Source: Spongospora subterranea f. sp. subterranea (Eukaryota). From it: a stretch of DNA of 64,000 nt. The stretch spans positions 124,001 through 188,000 of the forward strand of contig JAUGWO010000060.1 of NCBI GenBank assembly GCA_049724395.1. Direction: 5' to 3'. Below, in pieces: positions 52,700-64,000 of this stretch. Positions within the stretch are counted from its first letter, which is position 1; the number at the start of each line of letters is the position of its first letter. The notes under the pieces are model-generated. The model saw only the letters and a list, made by a program, of their open reading frames with translations, did not search any database and was not told where the DNA came from. The translations under genes and the position numbers were made by a program.

Positions 52700-54830
52700 A
52701 AAATACGAAAACCTGGGACCCCACTATTGCTCAATTTTCTGGTCGACAGCAGACTTGGCTCCATTAAGACGTTTCAGCATGGGGACCAGACTGGTGTCGA
52801 TGATATTCTGTACGTTGCCTACGGTTTCGCCATTGCCAATGTCCACCACGTCCATGGGCACTGCAAGGACTCTGTGACGTGCACGCAATCCAATCGTTAC
52901 ACCGTGGTTCAGAGATTTTGGGCAATTCGCGATTACAGTACGGTAAAATTGCATAATAATGTCAAAGACTGTGGTATCGAATTATACTATATAGGCTGCC
53001 TTAATCAGTAAACCATGGAACAAATATCGTTTATGATTTTTTTTAGTCGAGTTGGTTCATTTTCATTGAACCGTCATGGACAGTCGATGACTCGGCGATG
53101 ACACGTGTATATCAAGGTCCTTGAAAAAAGCAATTGCTCGAACCGACATTCAAAGCACATCAACGTTCGTATCATTTCATCCAACCGAGAGCAAAATTTA
53201 GAAAAACGAATCGAGATCGGGCCATTTTACAAAAGCCCAATTCATGGGGCCTACAGAGGAAACATTCGTCTGTATGGGCACAAGCAACGGAGAGCGCCAA
53301 ACTCATGACTCGCCTCACTACCTTGTTACCTGACAATGGATCCGAGTATGTCAATAACCAGACAGCGCTTTCTTATCACAGACGAATATCAAACACCAAC
53401 TTGGCCATTTGTAGTCCAATACTCAACCTACAACGCTGAATCGACTACCGACGCGGCGCAACCCCTGTTGGATTATGGATGAACGACAAGCCTGACGTCG
53501 AACATTTGAGACCATTTGGATGTACTGCATATGCGCACATCGAATCCACAATGCGAGATTCAAAATCAATCCAATCCACCTGACTAAAATGCCAATTCTT
53601 AGGATACTCACTATATCAGAAACGCTGCACACTGTCACCGTCGAGCACCGCTGCGATCATCATAACACGAGACGTACAAGCGGCGATTGATATGTTTGAC
53701 GAATCAGATTCATTGACCATCGTGGACGACGTGATTCGAAATCCATCACACTCTCACCAACTTTCCGAAAACTTACGAGGTTGCCATGACGCGGCTGACG
53801 CTCATGAATGGCATGCAGCCGCAGATCAGGAAATGGCATTGCACAAAGAAACCATACTTGGGCACTCATATGTCTCGCAGTCAACAGCACCTGGAAGATA
53901 AACCAGAGAGATTTTAACCACAGCCTATTTGAACGCGCCACTACTGATCCCGATCTACGTTCAACAGACGTAAGGTTTTATCGAGCCCGGGATGCGAACA
54001 GGATGTGCATGCTTAACAAAGCCCTCTACGGCTTAAAACAGGCCGGTTGAGCTTGGCAGGCATCACTCTTCGACCTGATTCGCAACAACGGATTTTCTCA
54101 ATCCATGAAAGAACAGTGGGGATAACCATCTTCGGAACTGACGTCAATGATCTACTATTGACAGGAAAAGGACAAGGCTTAGTATTCGAAAAAAAATCCA
54201 GATTTAGATCTAACCTTCACACAGAGCGATCACCAACTTACAGGATGGGCGGACAGCGATTTGCTGGAGACAGAAGCGAACTAGTGGATGGATATTTTGC
54301 GTTAAACATAACGTCATGATTCATGGTGATAGAGCGCCAAATATCGTCGGCAATCGGCAATGGGCAGAGGATCCCGCGTGGTCGATGACGACTGTCGTGG
54401 AAAAGTATAAAGCAAATTGCCATGACTTTATCCACAACAGAAGCCGAATATTGCAGCTTCGGATGCGACAAAGGAAACCATATGGTTACAAGATCTTCTT
54501 TATGAATAACGGTCAAGTAACTCAAGGAGCAATTTTTGTTGAAACGAATACCTCCAACAAGTCACGAACCAAACACATAGACCTGAGACATCATTTCATT
54601 CGTGAGAAGACACAGGAAGGACGAATCAATTTTGAATATTGTCCAACCGAACTCATGATTGCAGACATTCTTCAAAACCACTCTCACATCCACTCTCCGT
54701 AAAACATCGCACTACGTTAATGGCCAAGAGATCAGTGACTATTCAGTGTCACGCTTCTAGTCACAGTGATACTGTTAGATCTTGTTACTTGTACAACGCC
54801 AATGTTACAATCACACTGTATTGTATGTGA
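52700..54830 (+). mobile_element. Degenerate, internally deleted Ty1/Copia LTR retrotransposon
   Basis: Integrase DNGSEY and KPDVEHLRPFGCTAYAHI; RT LNKALYGLKQAG; RNase H WADSDFAGD, EAEY and RTKHIDLRHHFIREK..CPTELMIADI. An LTR-like start TGTCACGCTTCTAGTCA lies at ~54747. Confidence 0.88.
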
Positions 54831-54839
54831 AATCATAAC

Positions 54840-57800
54840 AACGGGTGCACCGATTGATGTTCAATAGAAGAAGTGACTTGAATTATGGTATTCAGGTAAC
54901 GATATCTAAGTGTCATTGTACGCCATAGTCACTGTGGTAGTGCCGCTGTTGCACATCTCTTGTCCATTAACGTAGTGCGATGTTTTACGTAGAGTGGATG
55001 TGAGAGCGGTTTGGGGGTGAGGATATCTGCAATCATGAGCTCGGATGGACAGTATACAATATTGATCCGTCCTTCTTGTGTCTTCTCACGAATGAAATGA
55101 TGTCTTACGTCTATATGTTTGGTCCGCGACCTGTTAGAGGTAGTCTTCTCAAGGAAAATTGCACCTTGGTTATCTTGATACAAAGTCGCGTGTATTTTGG
55201 AAAGTATTGCAAGTTCATAAAGTAGATCTTGTAAGCATCTGGCTCCTTCGTCGCATCGGAAGCTGCAATATATTCGGCTTCTGTTGTGGATAAAGTAACT
55301 GTATTTTGTTTCTTTTTTTTTTCAAGAGATGACGTTATGTCCAATTGAAAATATCCATCCAGTAGTCGACTTACGATCGCTCTTGTCTCCAGCAAAATCG
55401 CTATCCGCCCATCCTGTACGTTGGTGATCTCTCTGTGTGAAGGTTAGACCTAAATCTGGGAGTTCCTTTTAAATACTTGTTATTCTTTGAATGGCTATCC
55501 ATAAAGATTTCGTGGGCTTGGTAACATGTCGGCTGATGTTGTTGATTGCGAATGCCAGGATCAGGGTCTCGTCGCATTTGCCAGGTAGGTAAGACTTCCA
55601 ATGCTTCACAAATCGGGTATGTGGTGATGCTAGCGTCGTCATCTGGCGGACCATTATGGGCCAAAACTTAAGATGAAAAACTTAGGTGAAATACAAAGAT
55701 TTCTCGGACTATGAGGCAAGATGAAAAACTGAGGACACAGATTTCTCGGATTACAAGCAAGATGATCGTCCTCACACACAAGGATTACACGCTCTTTATC
55801 ATATCCAAATTCGGACAGGAGAACTGCGAACACCAACCCCCATATCGGAAATCTAAACGCCAGATGACAACGCTAGCATCACCACATACCCGATTCGTGA
55901 AGCATTGGAAGTCTTACCTACCTGGCAAATGCGACGAGACCCTGATCCTGGAATTCGCAATCAACAACATCAGCCGACATGTCACCAAGCCCACGAAATC
56001 TTTATGACTAGCCATTCAAGGTTTTGAAGTATCTGGGCTCGTTCAGCTGAGATGTTCGACGAACTGCTGAGTGCGAGCACGTTCGGATTCTTTTATAAAC
56101 GAGAAGGATTTGAAGTTGAGCTTTCTGAGTCCAGGGGTGGCGGTTCAGGAGCTTGACTAATTGTTTGAGTTTCTCTTGTAATTCAGAAGGAAAAATGGAA
56201 TAACAAAAGGCACGAATGGTTTGACTGGTCTAGCTATTGGTTCTCGTTGATTAATCCTGACAGCCCTCGTATAGTGGAAGCAGGGTGAGAAGAATGTGGT
56301 GGAAGATGCTGGAATGTGCTAATTGGTTCAGCGTAAGATTTAAACGAGATGATGCCTTCAGTGGACTTCACATGATAGTGAGGTCCAAGAAGTCGACATG
56401 TTCTTTAGATATGTTCCAGGTGAGTTGAATTCATGGAATGAACTCATTCATTTCATTCAAACATTGCCAGAGATCAAAGGATGTTGTCAATCTCGGCCCG
56501 TTTCCTGTTAGTAACAGATCATCGACAAATGTTCCGATGATGGTTATCCCCTTGCCCTTCTTCTTATACCATATACACGGCTCTTTCATGGATTAAGTAA
56601 ATCCATTGTTGCGAATCAGATCGACTTTAATGATGTCTGCCAAGCTCTACCGGCCTGCTTTGAGCCGTAAAGGGCTTTGTTGAGCATGCACACCTTGTTC
56701 GCGTCCCCGGGCTTGATTCCAGCGGTCGGACGTAAATGGGATCAATAGTGGCGCGTTCAATGAGGCTGTGGAAAAGTCTCTCTGGTATATCTTGTGCTTC
56801 AAAAACTTGACCCATGTCCAGGTGGAGTATCTGTATCCTTCCTTGCTAAGAACCAGGAATGGTCCTTCAAGGTCTGAAAAAACGATTTCAAATGACCTAG
56901 TTGACTTTGTCCAACGTTCCTGTGCGAATGGTTGCTTCCGTGACTTTCCATGGGCACAGTTTTCGCAGAGCTGTCGTTCTTGCGGTGTGATTTTGACGCC
57001 TTCAGTGGGTTCTTGTAAATGCTTCAGTCTCTCGTCCGATGCGTGATCGAATCTTCGGTGCGCTAGCGCCATGCTAAGTCGTTGTGCTTGTGCGCCGTAA
57101 CGATAACCTTTCCATCTTGATTCTTGATACGAGTCGATGACTACGCTTAAACCTTGATCGGTAAACGATTTCGTAGCTAACAGGGACGAAAAATATATTG
57201 TGGATACAAATTGGTGGTTTGCATTGTATGGTCAGTGATCCTTGTCTGTATGCAGGTGATATCTCGCCGTTGCTGCAAGTGATCATGATCGGGTCCTGTA
57301 GTGACCTGTGGTTGTGAAGTAAGTTCAAATCATTCGACGTTCGCGCGACTATCGATGATATAGGCACTGTTGATGGAAACGTTCTGGTGGACGCACTGTG
57401 GAATCCTGTAAACTCCTGTTCCTTTTCGTCAGTCGTGGTCGTGTTGTTCAGTTCAGAGGACGGTTGTTCTTATATTGCGTCTTCAAGTGTGGGTGCAGTA
57501 GCCAGCATTCTTCGTTCGAATGCGTTTATCGACTGCAGCGTGTGCAGCACTTGCCGTTGTTGTATTTATTGCCTCTGTCTTTGTTGTTGTTATTTGACTT
57601 TTCCTTATGCCACTTGGTTCGCTCAATATTAAGAGATGTGTCATTTTCGAGGTCTTTTGTCAATAGTAAGTTCGTCAGTCTTGCAATAGAATTTATTTGA
57701 GATGCTCTGGCGGCTGCCTTGGTGGTTGGTATTGATCCGGCAAGCCATCAAGGGCCTTGACGCATAGGGCTAGTTCGCTAACGTCGATGTTGTGGACTCT

Positions 57801-58402
57801 CAGGTCATGGTATAGTTCTACCATTTTGCCTAGGTGTCCTTTCATAGTTTGATTCGGCTGCTTCTGGTGGTGGATGAATCGAAGAAATAAGTTCGCTGCC
57901 TTGGATTTTGCTGTTTGAACGTAAATCTCCTGGAGCGTTGTCCATAATTCATTTGTTGTCGTGCATCTGGAAACCTGTTTATATTGAGTTTGTGATAATC
58001 GCATGCTGGATTGAGCGGAGGCGAGTTGATCGTTGCGTTGTTCGATCGTGTTGCCGCGGGTTGGCGGGTAGGGTAAGAACGAGTCGATGTCCATTATTAC
58101 AAACTTTGTCTCGGTCGTGCGTCGGAATTCCTCCCAATTTCTTCCGGTGAATTCCGGGATCAGTTTTAGTCCCGAGTTGTGTTTCGAGATATTGGCCTCT
58201 TATCTTGATCGGTGCGTGTATGGTGTTTACATAGCTTCGTTGGGTGTGTCTGGAGTGGTGTCCTCCTCTTGAGTCTCTCTTTGTATTTGTATCATCTTGT
58301 GTAGAGCAAAACTGGGACTCTCAAGTTAATAACGGGTGCACCGATTGATGATCATTACAAGAAGTACGATATCTAAGTATCACTATGACTAGAAGCGTGT
58401 AG
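54840..58402 (-). mobile_element. Degenerate Ty1/Copia LTR retrotransposon with short LTR remnants at both ends
   Basis: gag (ELWTTLQEIY), a Zn knuckle, HRRFDH..CENCAHGK, VFSDLEGP, RT KALYG.KQAG and FVDDLL, RNase H STTEAEYIA and DNQGAI..RTKHID. The direct repeat AACGGGTGCACCGATTGATG occurs at 54840 and 58331. Confidence 0.92.
55487..56019. repeat. ~160-bp inverted duplication inside the Copia element
   Basis: 55487-55648 is a close reverse complement of 55858-56019, with a ~210-bp spacer. The same peptide appears on both strands in the ORF track. Confidence 0.9.
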
Positions 58403-58424
58403 TTGCTAATTAACCATGTCCGAT

Positions 58425-58510
58425 GCCTCTTTAGCTCAGTTGGCAGTAGCGTAGGTCTCATATCCAAAAGAGAAATCCTGAGGTCGCGCGTTCGATCCGC
58501 GCAGGGGGCA
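58425..58510 (+). tRNA. tRNA-Met(CAT), elongator type, 12-nt intron
   Basis: Acceptor stem GCCTCTT/AGGGGGC, anticodon arm TAGGT-CTCATA[TCCAAAAGAGAA]A-TCCTG, T arm GCGCG-TTCGATC-CGCGC. A T8 Pol III terminator follows. Confidence 0.93.
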
Positions 58511-58869
58511 ATTTTTTTTGGCCTTGATCAGGAAACAAGCAATTGCTTACAGGTACTGGTGTGCTGGGGTCATGTGGGGTGTACTCAGTTGTTTGGGAAA
58601 TACATATAATTTCGCTGCGAATGCCCGGTTTTCTTTTCCCATTTCCGATTTCCTAACCAACGCTGGAGCGAATGGCTGCAATTCCCACGAGTTACGGGAA
58701 AACGCCAAAATGCCATATTGATTCCACTCCATATAAGAAACAGCAGAGTTCATCGATAGAGAGTCGAACGTCGACGTTCGACTATACATGTTTATTGACG
58801 TTTACACGTAAATCCTGAAACTGTCGGCCGTTTTTACCCGAACGGCGGTCAAGTGAGTCTGAGAAATGC

Positions 58870-59810
58870 TAAAGGGCAAGCAGGGCAGCGGCAACGAAAG
58901 GAACCAGAAATGTTTCCAATATTATGGATGACCACAGGAAATTCGTCCATGAAATCCAGCCGTTTCCATTCGACAATGTGCGCTCACAAAATGCTAAAGT
59001 ACTTCTCCCTTTTGTAAACGATGGTGATAAGCGAATGGTTAACCATAGTGGCGTCGAGGAGTCTGGATCCGACAGCAATCGTCGGGGTTTACAAGAAAGA
59101 CAGGCCTCGTTGTTTCTCTGCATTGGGCACAGCCTAATATCCAACCAATGTCTTCCGTGGCAAAAGGCACTCAAATTCTACGATCATCAGAGCCGGATAA
59201 ATGGGTAAATGTTATTATTTATATTATGTTAATAGAAGTTGGTTTTCACAACTAAACAGGACGAACGCGTTCGTGTCCACTTCCAGGAGTGTGAGTTGGT
59301 AGATACGACGTCGGCAGTCAGGAATGTCAACGAGCTCAAATCCGATCCTGACTTTGCAGATCATGATTCCAATAGGATCCGTTTTCGGCATTCTTAAGTC
59401 ACATATTGCCAAGCAATTGTTGATGCAATGAAGCCTATCGGAAGACTTATGTTCTATCCGCCCAATGTCACCGATTACTTATCCAGGTTGCGAAATTTTC
59501 AGCCTGTTCTATGAGCCTTGACGAAATCTCGGTTGCAGTGGACGATGGTGGGAGAATGATGAAATAACTCATCACTCCTCGCCTGGATCAGCAACTGGAA
59601 GATGACGTTGCCTTTATGTCAAAAAATGGATTGACGGCAAATTTACTGCTTGAAAACAGGCGCATCCTCATCACCAAATGGGTAGGCGAGGCTTGGGATG
59701 AGTTCCGCAACGAACCGTGTATATATATCGACGTTTTGGAAAAAAGGGAGGCTTGCTTAACACTGCTGGAGCAGAATCCATCCAAAGTTATCTTCTAGGG
59801 CCTCAAGGTG
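58870..59810 (+). mobile_element. pogo/Tigger-like DDE transposase remnant
   Basis: The fragments RVRVHFQE, FYPPNVTDYL, VDDG and RRILITKWVGEAW appear with stops and frameshifts. Confidence 0.6.
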
Positions 59811-60819
59811 TACCGATTTTAACACGAAATTCATTATCGACGTAAATTCAGAGAATAATGAATCTAAATTGAGCTCCTGTTCCGAGTCCGAGAACTCGGT
59901 GTTTTCTGTTGACGACTACGATTCTTTCAGTGAAGGTAATTTAGTACAGATTCTCAACGCGGAAGCAACAGCAATTGCCAAGGGTGTTATTACACCACCA
60001 CGTGCTACACTGCACGGTCAACCAGTGCCCTCAGGATTCCGTTGTTGTTTTGATTCAGCAGATCCGAGACGGTGGATCACCGGTCAATGATTCGTTTGAA
60101 GAACCTATTGGTTTGAGTGGTTATATCTCAGTTTCTACCAGCTGTTTACTAAAAAGCGAATATATTTGTTCGATAAAAAGCAACTATCAGCTCTAAAAAA
60201 GTCTGCTTTTCAAGACCCAGAAACAGAAACCCTGAAATGGTCCAAGACCCCAAACCCCAACCTCAATTCAAATCGTCCAATGTACTTGCTCTGTTTGAAC
60301 TGGTCGTATGCGGGCTCGCCGATCTGTGGTTTTCGTTCCAATTAATTCGAGAGGTCCGGCATAGTTTCCAGCATGTATCCGACTAAGGATCACAGTTAAA
60401 GAATCGTGCAGCTGAAGAATTGTGCTCTCGATTTCACATTGCAGGTTCAGTTCACGATCGCCTATATAGGACCCGGGCTAATGGAACTGCCGAGATCGAT
60501 GAGTAGCTTGCACCTCGTCAAGCAGATCGGTTGTTGCAGCGCTTCTTCATGTTCTTGACGTTGCGCGTTTATGTCTGTGAAAAAGGGCGTTCAGTTTCAG
60601 CTCAACTTCCATTCTGCAAACAGCCGCCCTCAGCACATCAGTAGTCAGTAGGGGTTATTTCGGCAACGGTATTTGATAGTTTGACGATCTTGGCACATGC
60701 TCGCGTAGATGTTTGCAAAATGATAAATATACGACCTGCTGGTTATCTACTGTAGTTGAACAACCCTGACGGCCGCTCCGCCACATCGCAAGTTGGTGAT
60801 TCACTTTGATATCTTCATC

Positions 60820-61300
60820 TTGATCACATTGCTCAAAACATTACTCGTTTCATTAGCTGGGGAGTTTTGAAAACAAATTTGAGTGAATTTCTGGATGATT
60901 TCTGGAGAGTGGTACCAGTCGAGGATGTCCAAGAATATGAACTCGAAATGGCGATGCTGGACCGCAAGTGGCAGGATGTAAAGTCATACTTGCAGCTTCT
61001 GAAGAACAAGCAAAAAAAATGGGCTTTTGCCTACACTCATAAGAATTTCGTTGCTGGAATATCATCGACCCAACGACAAGAACAAGTGAACTGTCAGATA
61101 AAATAATCATTGATGAGTAATCATCTCTGACTCGGATAATTGGTGGTTTCGATTCCGTTGAGACAAAGGTACTGCATTAAGGACCTTGACGTCGACTGTC
61201 AAAACGAAATCGCAGACTTTTACTGGGAATCCCCTTATTAATGATTCTCTTCAACACCTGACTTCATTTGCAGGAAAAAAAAGTCTAATGCTGACGTGAT
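60820..61300 (+). mobile_element. MULE (Mutator/FAR1-like) transposase remnant
   Basis: HIAQNI, then YLQLLKNKQKKWAFAYTHKNFVAGISSTQRQEQVNCQIK, matching the MULE KWA..F.AG..STQR.E..N motif. Confidence 0.75.
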
Positions 61301-61433
61301 ATTGATATCAATACAAATCATGAGTTGCAAAACTCGGTCAGTATATGTCGTACACCTACTTAGTTGGAAAAACCTCGTGCAGTACTAGCAAAATCGTAAA
61401 CTATAAGTTTTGACACAGAAGTGTATGTCTGAT

Positions 61434-61520
61434 GCCTCTTTAGCTCAGTTGGCAGTAGCGTAGGTCTCATATCCAAAAAGAGAAATCCTGAGGTCGCGCG
61501 TTCGATCCGCGCAGGGGGCA
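61434..61520 (+). tRNA. tRNA-Met(CAT), second copy, 13-nt intron
   Basis: Mature sequence identical to the 58425 copy, with one extra A in the intron. T8 terminator follows. Confidence 0.93.
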
Positions 61521-62105
61521 TTTTTTTTACAGAATAGGCTCCGTTTGGATGTCGCTCAATATGCCAAAAATTCCACGGATTTTGCAAAATACAATTTTGA
61601 TCTTGAAAGGGCCCGTTTATAAAACCCAGCATCGCGCGAGCAGATCCACCGATGAAGATGTCGAATTCGTCGTTTGAAAAATGCCACGGTTACGGGATTT
61701 TGCAAAATTCGTTCTTTGCAAAATTTTTATATTTTTTTACTTTTATTATATTAATTCCTTTAGGAAAAATTTGAAACTTGAGATTATGCAGAAATTCAAT
61801 TTGCTTGCTTTGACAAATCCGGGTCAGAAGTCCGCATTGCATCTTGGGTGTTGTTATCATGTTGAACGAAGGGCAACAGACGCGGTTGGTTTCAGCTGCC
61901 CAAATCAGAAGCAAGTGGTGAATGGACGGTGGAAAAGCAACAACATTTACTGAGGCGAGTTTTTTTTTACATCCCAAACAACTTATTGGGTACAGGTTGC
62001 CAAGGGCGGAAAATCGGAAAACGGATACAAAAACAATCGGGGCATGCTGTTAACTCGGCATTTAATACGGAGTTCGGCACGGTTTATGAAACCAGATAAT
62101 TGAAA

Positions 62106-63280
62106 TCGCAACTGAACGAGGAATGCACAGGACGCTCTGATCACAGTTTGGAATCAGTTTACCATTGATCAATCATCAGATCTACTGCCGGCAATCCAAG
62201 ATCTACTGTTGGATTCATTTTGCGTCCGTACAATCTGGCAAGAAACATACTTGCTGTCAATGCTCTATCGTTTCGTTATCTTCTCTTCAATGATGCCTGA
62301 CGATACAACAGGATATTCGTTTCGAAGCCTTTAAAAAATCAGTTCATCGTTGCCGAATTTTTTTTTATCGGCCGCTCCATTGCCATCATGGAGCTGATGT
62401 CAGATACGTGGAACCCCAAAACCCAAGAACTAATTTCAGACATGTAAGCAGAATCTCAGCTCTCATTTCACCAATATTCTTTCAAACTGTTTGCGGTTTT
62501 CCTGAGCATTCACATCATTGTGCGATTTCATTTTTTGAGTAAGATCAAGCGAGAAAAAACAGTATCATCCGTTCCGATGGCGGGGGTGGTGTCAATTCAC
62601 CCTTCAATTGCGTCCGAAACAACTTTTCATTTGAAATTTGGCCAAGGAGCGACAGATCGAACCCCAACAACAGGCAGGTATTCAGATCATCAAGTGTGTC
62701 TGCCGACAGTTCATCCACCAACTTGGAGAGATTCAGCATCGAAATTGAGAAGCCAAGAAGCCATTGTTGGCTGACGTCAAAATTTGACCATGATCATCGG
62801 ACCATCAAAACATTGGCATATCCGGCTGGGAACTGATGGATACTGACAACAGCCTGAGTATCTCCCGGACGCAATTGAAGGGTGAATTGACACCATCCGA
62901 ATGTAAGAATATTGGGGAAATGAGTGCTGAGATTCTGCTTACATGCCTGAAATTGGTTCTTGGCGAGTGGGATTCCAAGTATGTGACATCAGCTCCATGG
63001 TGGCCATGGAGCGGCCGATAAACTGAATTTCCGACAACGATGAACTGATTTTTTACAGGCTTCGAAACGAATATCCTGTTGTATTGTCAGGCATCATTGA
63101 AGAGAAGATAACGAAGCGATAGAGCACTGACAGCAAGTATGCTCTTGCCAGATTGTACGGACGCAAAATGAATCCAACAGTATTTCTTGGATTGCCGGCA
63201 GTAGATCTGATGATTAATCAATGGTAAACTGATTCCAAACTGTGATCAGAGCGCCCTGTGCATACCTCGTTCAGTTGCGA
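62106..63280. repeat. Inverted repeat of a probable Gypsy RNase H remnant (arms ~62106-62481 and ~62905-63280)
   Basis: The ~375-bp arms are reverse complements, e.g. CGCTCTGATCACAGTTTGGAATCAGTTTACCATTGAT, plus a second block at ~62590-62615 vs ~62867-62894. Degenerate SDH..SL and SGKK..NALS motifs suggest Gypsy. Confidence 0.8.
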
Positions 63281-64000
63281 ATAACTCAAAATTACGCAAT
63301 ACAATGGCGTATGTAGACCAACGTGAATCTGCTCCAATAACGATGTTAACTTGTGCAATTTGAAACAACGTTTACGCGCAGATTTGTCCAAAAGTTGATG
63401 AAAAAAACAATGGAGCTTCGCAGCAACAATCCTTCGTGGTTTCTGGGTAGTCTCAGCTCGAGAGTTTCCAAACCGCAACGTATCTAGCACATCTTGATTA
63501 TATATGCAGGTGAAAAACTAACAAATGGAGAAAGCAACAACTCCGTTTATTATTGTTCAAGGACTATTCTTACGGATGTGTTTGGATAGTCAATCAAGCG
63601 ATTTTCCATCGGTTCTCCGACCATCTTACAGCATTTGAGCTGCTACAAGACAGGTTTCTGGCGTCATACACCTATCAAAGGACCGTGCCTTATCAATAAT
63701 TGCATCAATCACTGTTCTGCAGCGATTGAAAAACCTTTTCTCGTTGCCTTGTCACCATTTGGTTCCCCATCTCCTCTCCAAATCGGACTGCTGGACCTTC
63801 ACCTATTCCTTCAGACCAGTCTCAACATAGGTCCACCATAAAATGAATTCCTCTGATCATCTCGTAGGAACTGGGTTCGCACCATAACCTCCGCCTGCAT
63901 GACCGGATGTCCGACATCACATGGCTCTGTTGGACATTCATCTCGTAATTTTTGCCATTGGGAACCGGCACCCTGCCAGAAAGTTAATCACAAAAATTCT

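Noticed and set aside
58425..58510. Initiator tRNA-Met
   Set aside because: It has G1-C72, a TTC T-loop and a U31-U39 pair, which are elongator features. It lacks A1-U72 and the three G-C anticodon-stem pairs.

Overview
This is a gene-dense eukaryotic window with many short (~40-60 nt) spliceosomal introns and a protist-like layout. A plasmodiophorid-type genome is plausible but cannot be confirmed from the sequence alone. Protein genes recognised: ATG2, a FANCJ/RTEL1-type Rad3 helicase, a Zn(II)2Cys6 protein, an F-BAR-like protein, APC10, a BRCA1/BARD1-like RING-PHD-BRCT protein, VAC14, a hamartin (TSC1)-like protein, DGAT2, an ABCC transporter, a SANT + histone-fold (Rrn5-like) protein, MER3/HFM1 and a family-6 UDG (hypoxanthine glycosylase). 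The window also holds two intron-containing tRNA-Met(CAT) genes, a 49-bp minisatellite and many decayed transposons (Copia, Gypsy, mariner, pogo, MULE), several arranged as inverted pairs. The main discovery, invisible in the ORF track, is an apparently non-coding multi-exon host gene at ~37.1-39.1 kb with eight box C/D snoRNAs, one per intron: U24-, U25/snR56+snR57-, U36/snR47-, U38/snR61-, U43/snR70-, snR52- and two SNORD12/snR190-like guides. Box D sits at a near-constant distance from the 3' splice site, and an apparent zero-length exon (AG|GT) separates two of the snoRNA introns. rRNA target assignments rest on my recall of conserved eukaryotic rRNA sequence and yeast/human site numbering, not on a database search.
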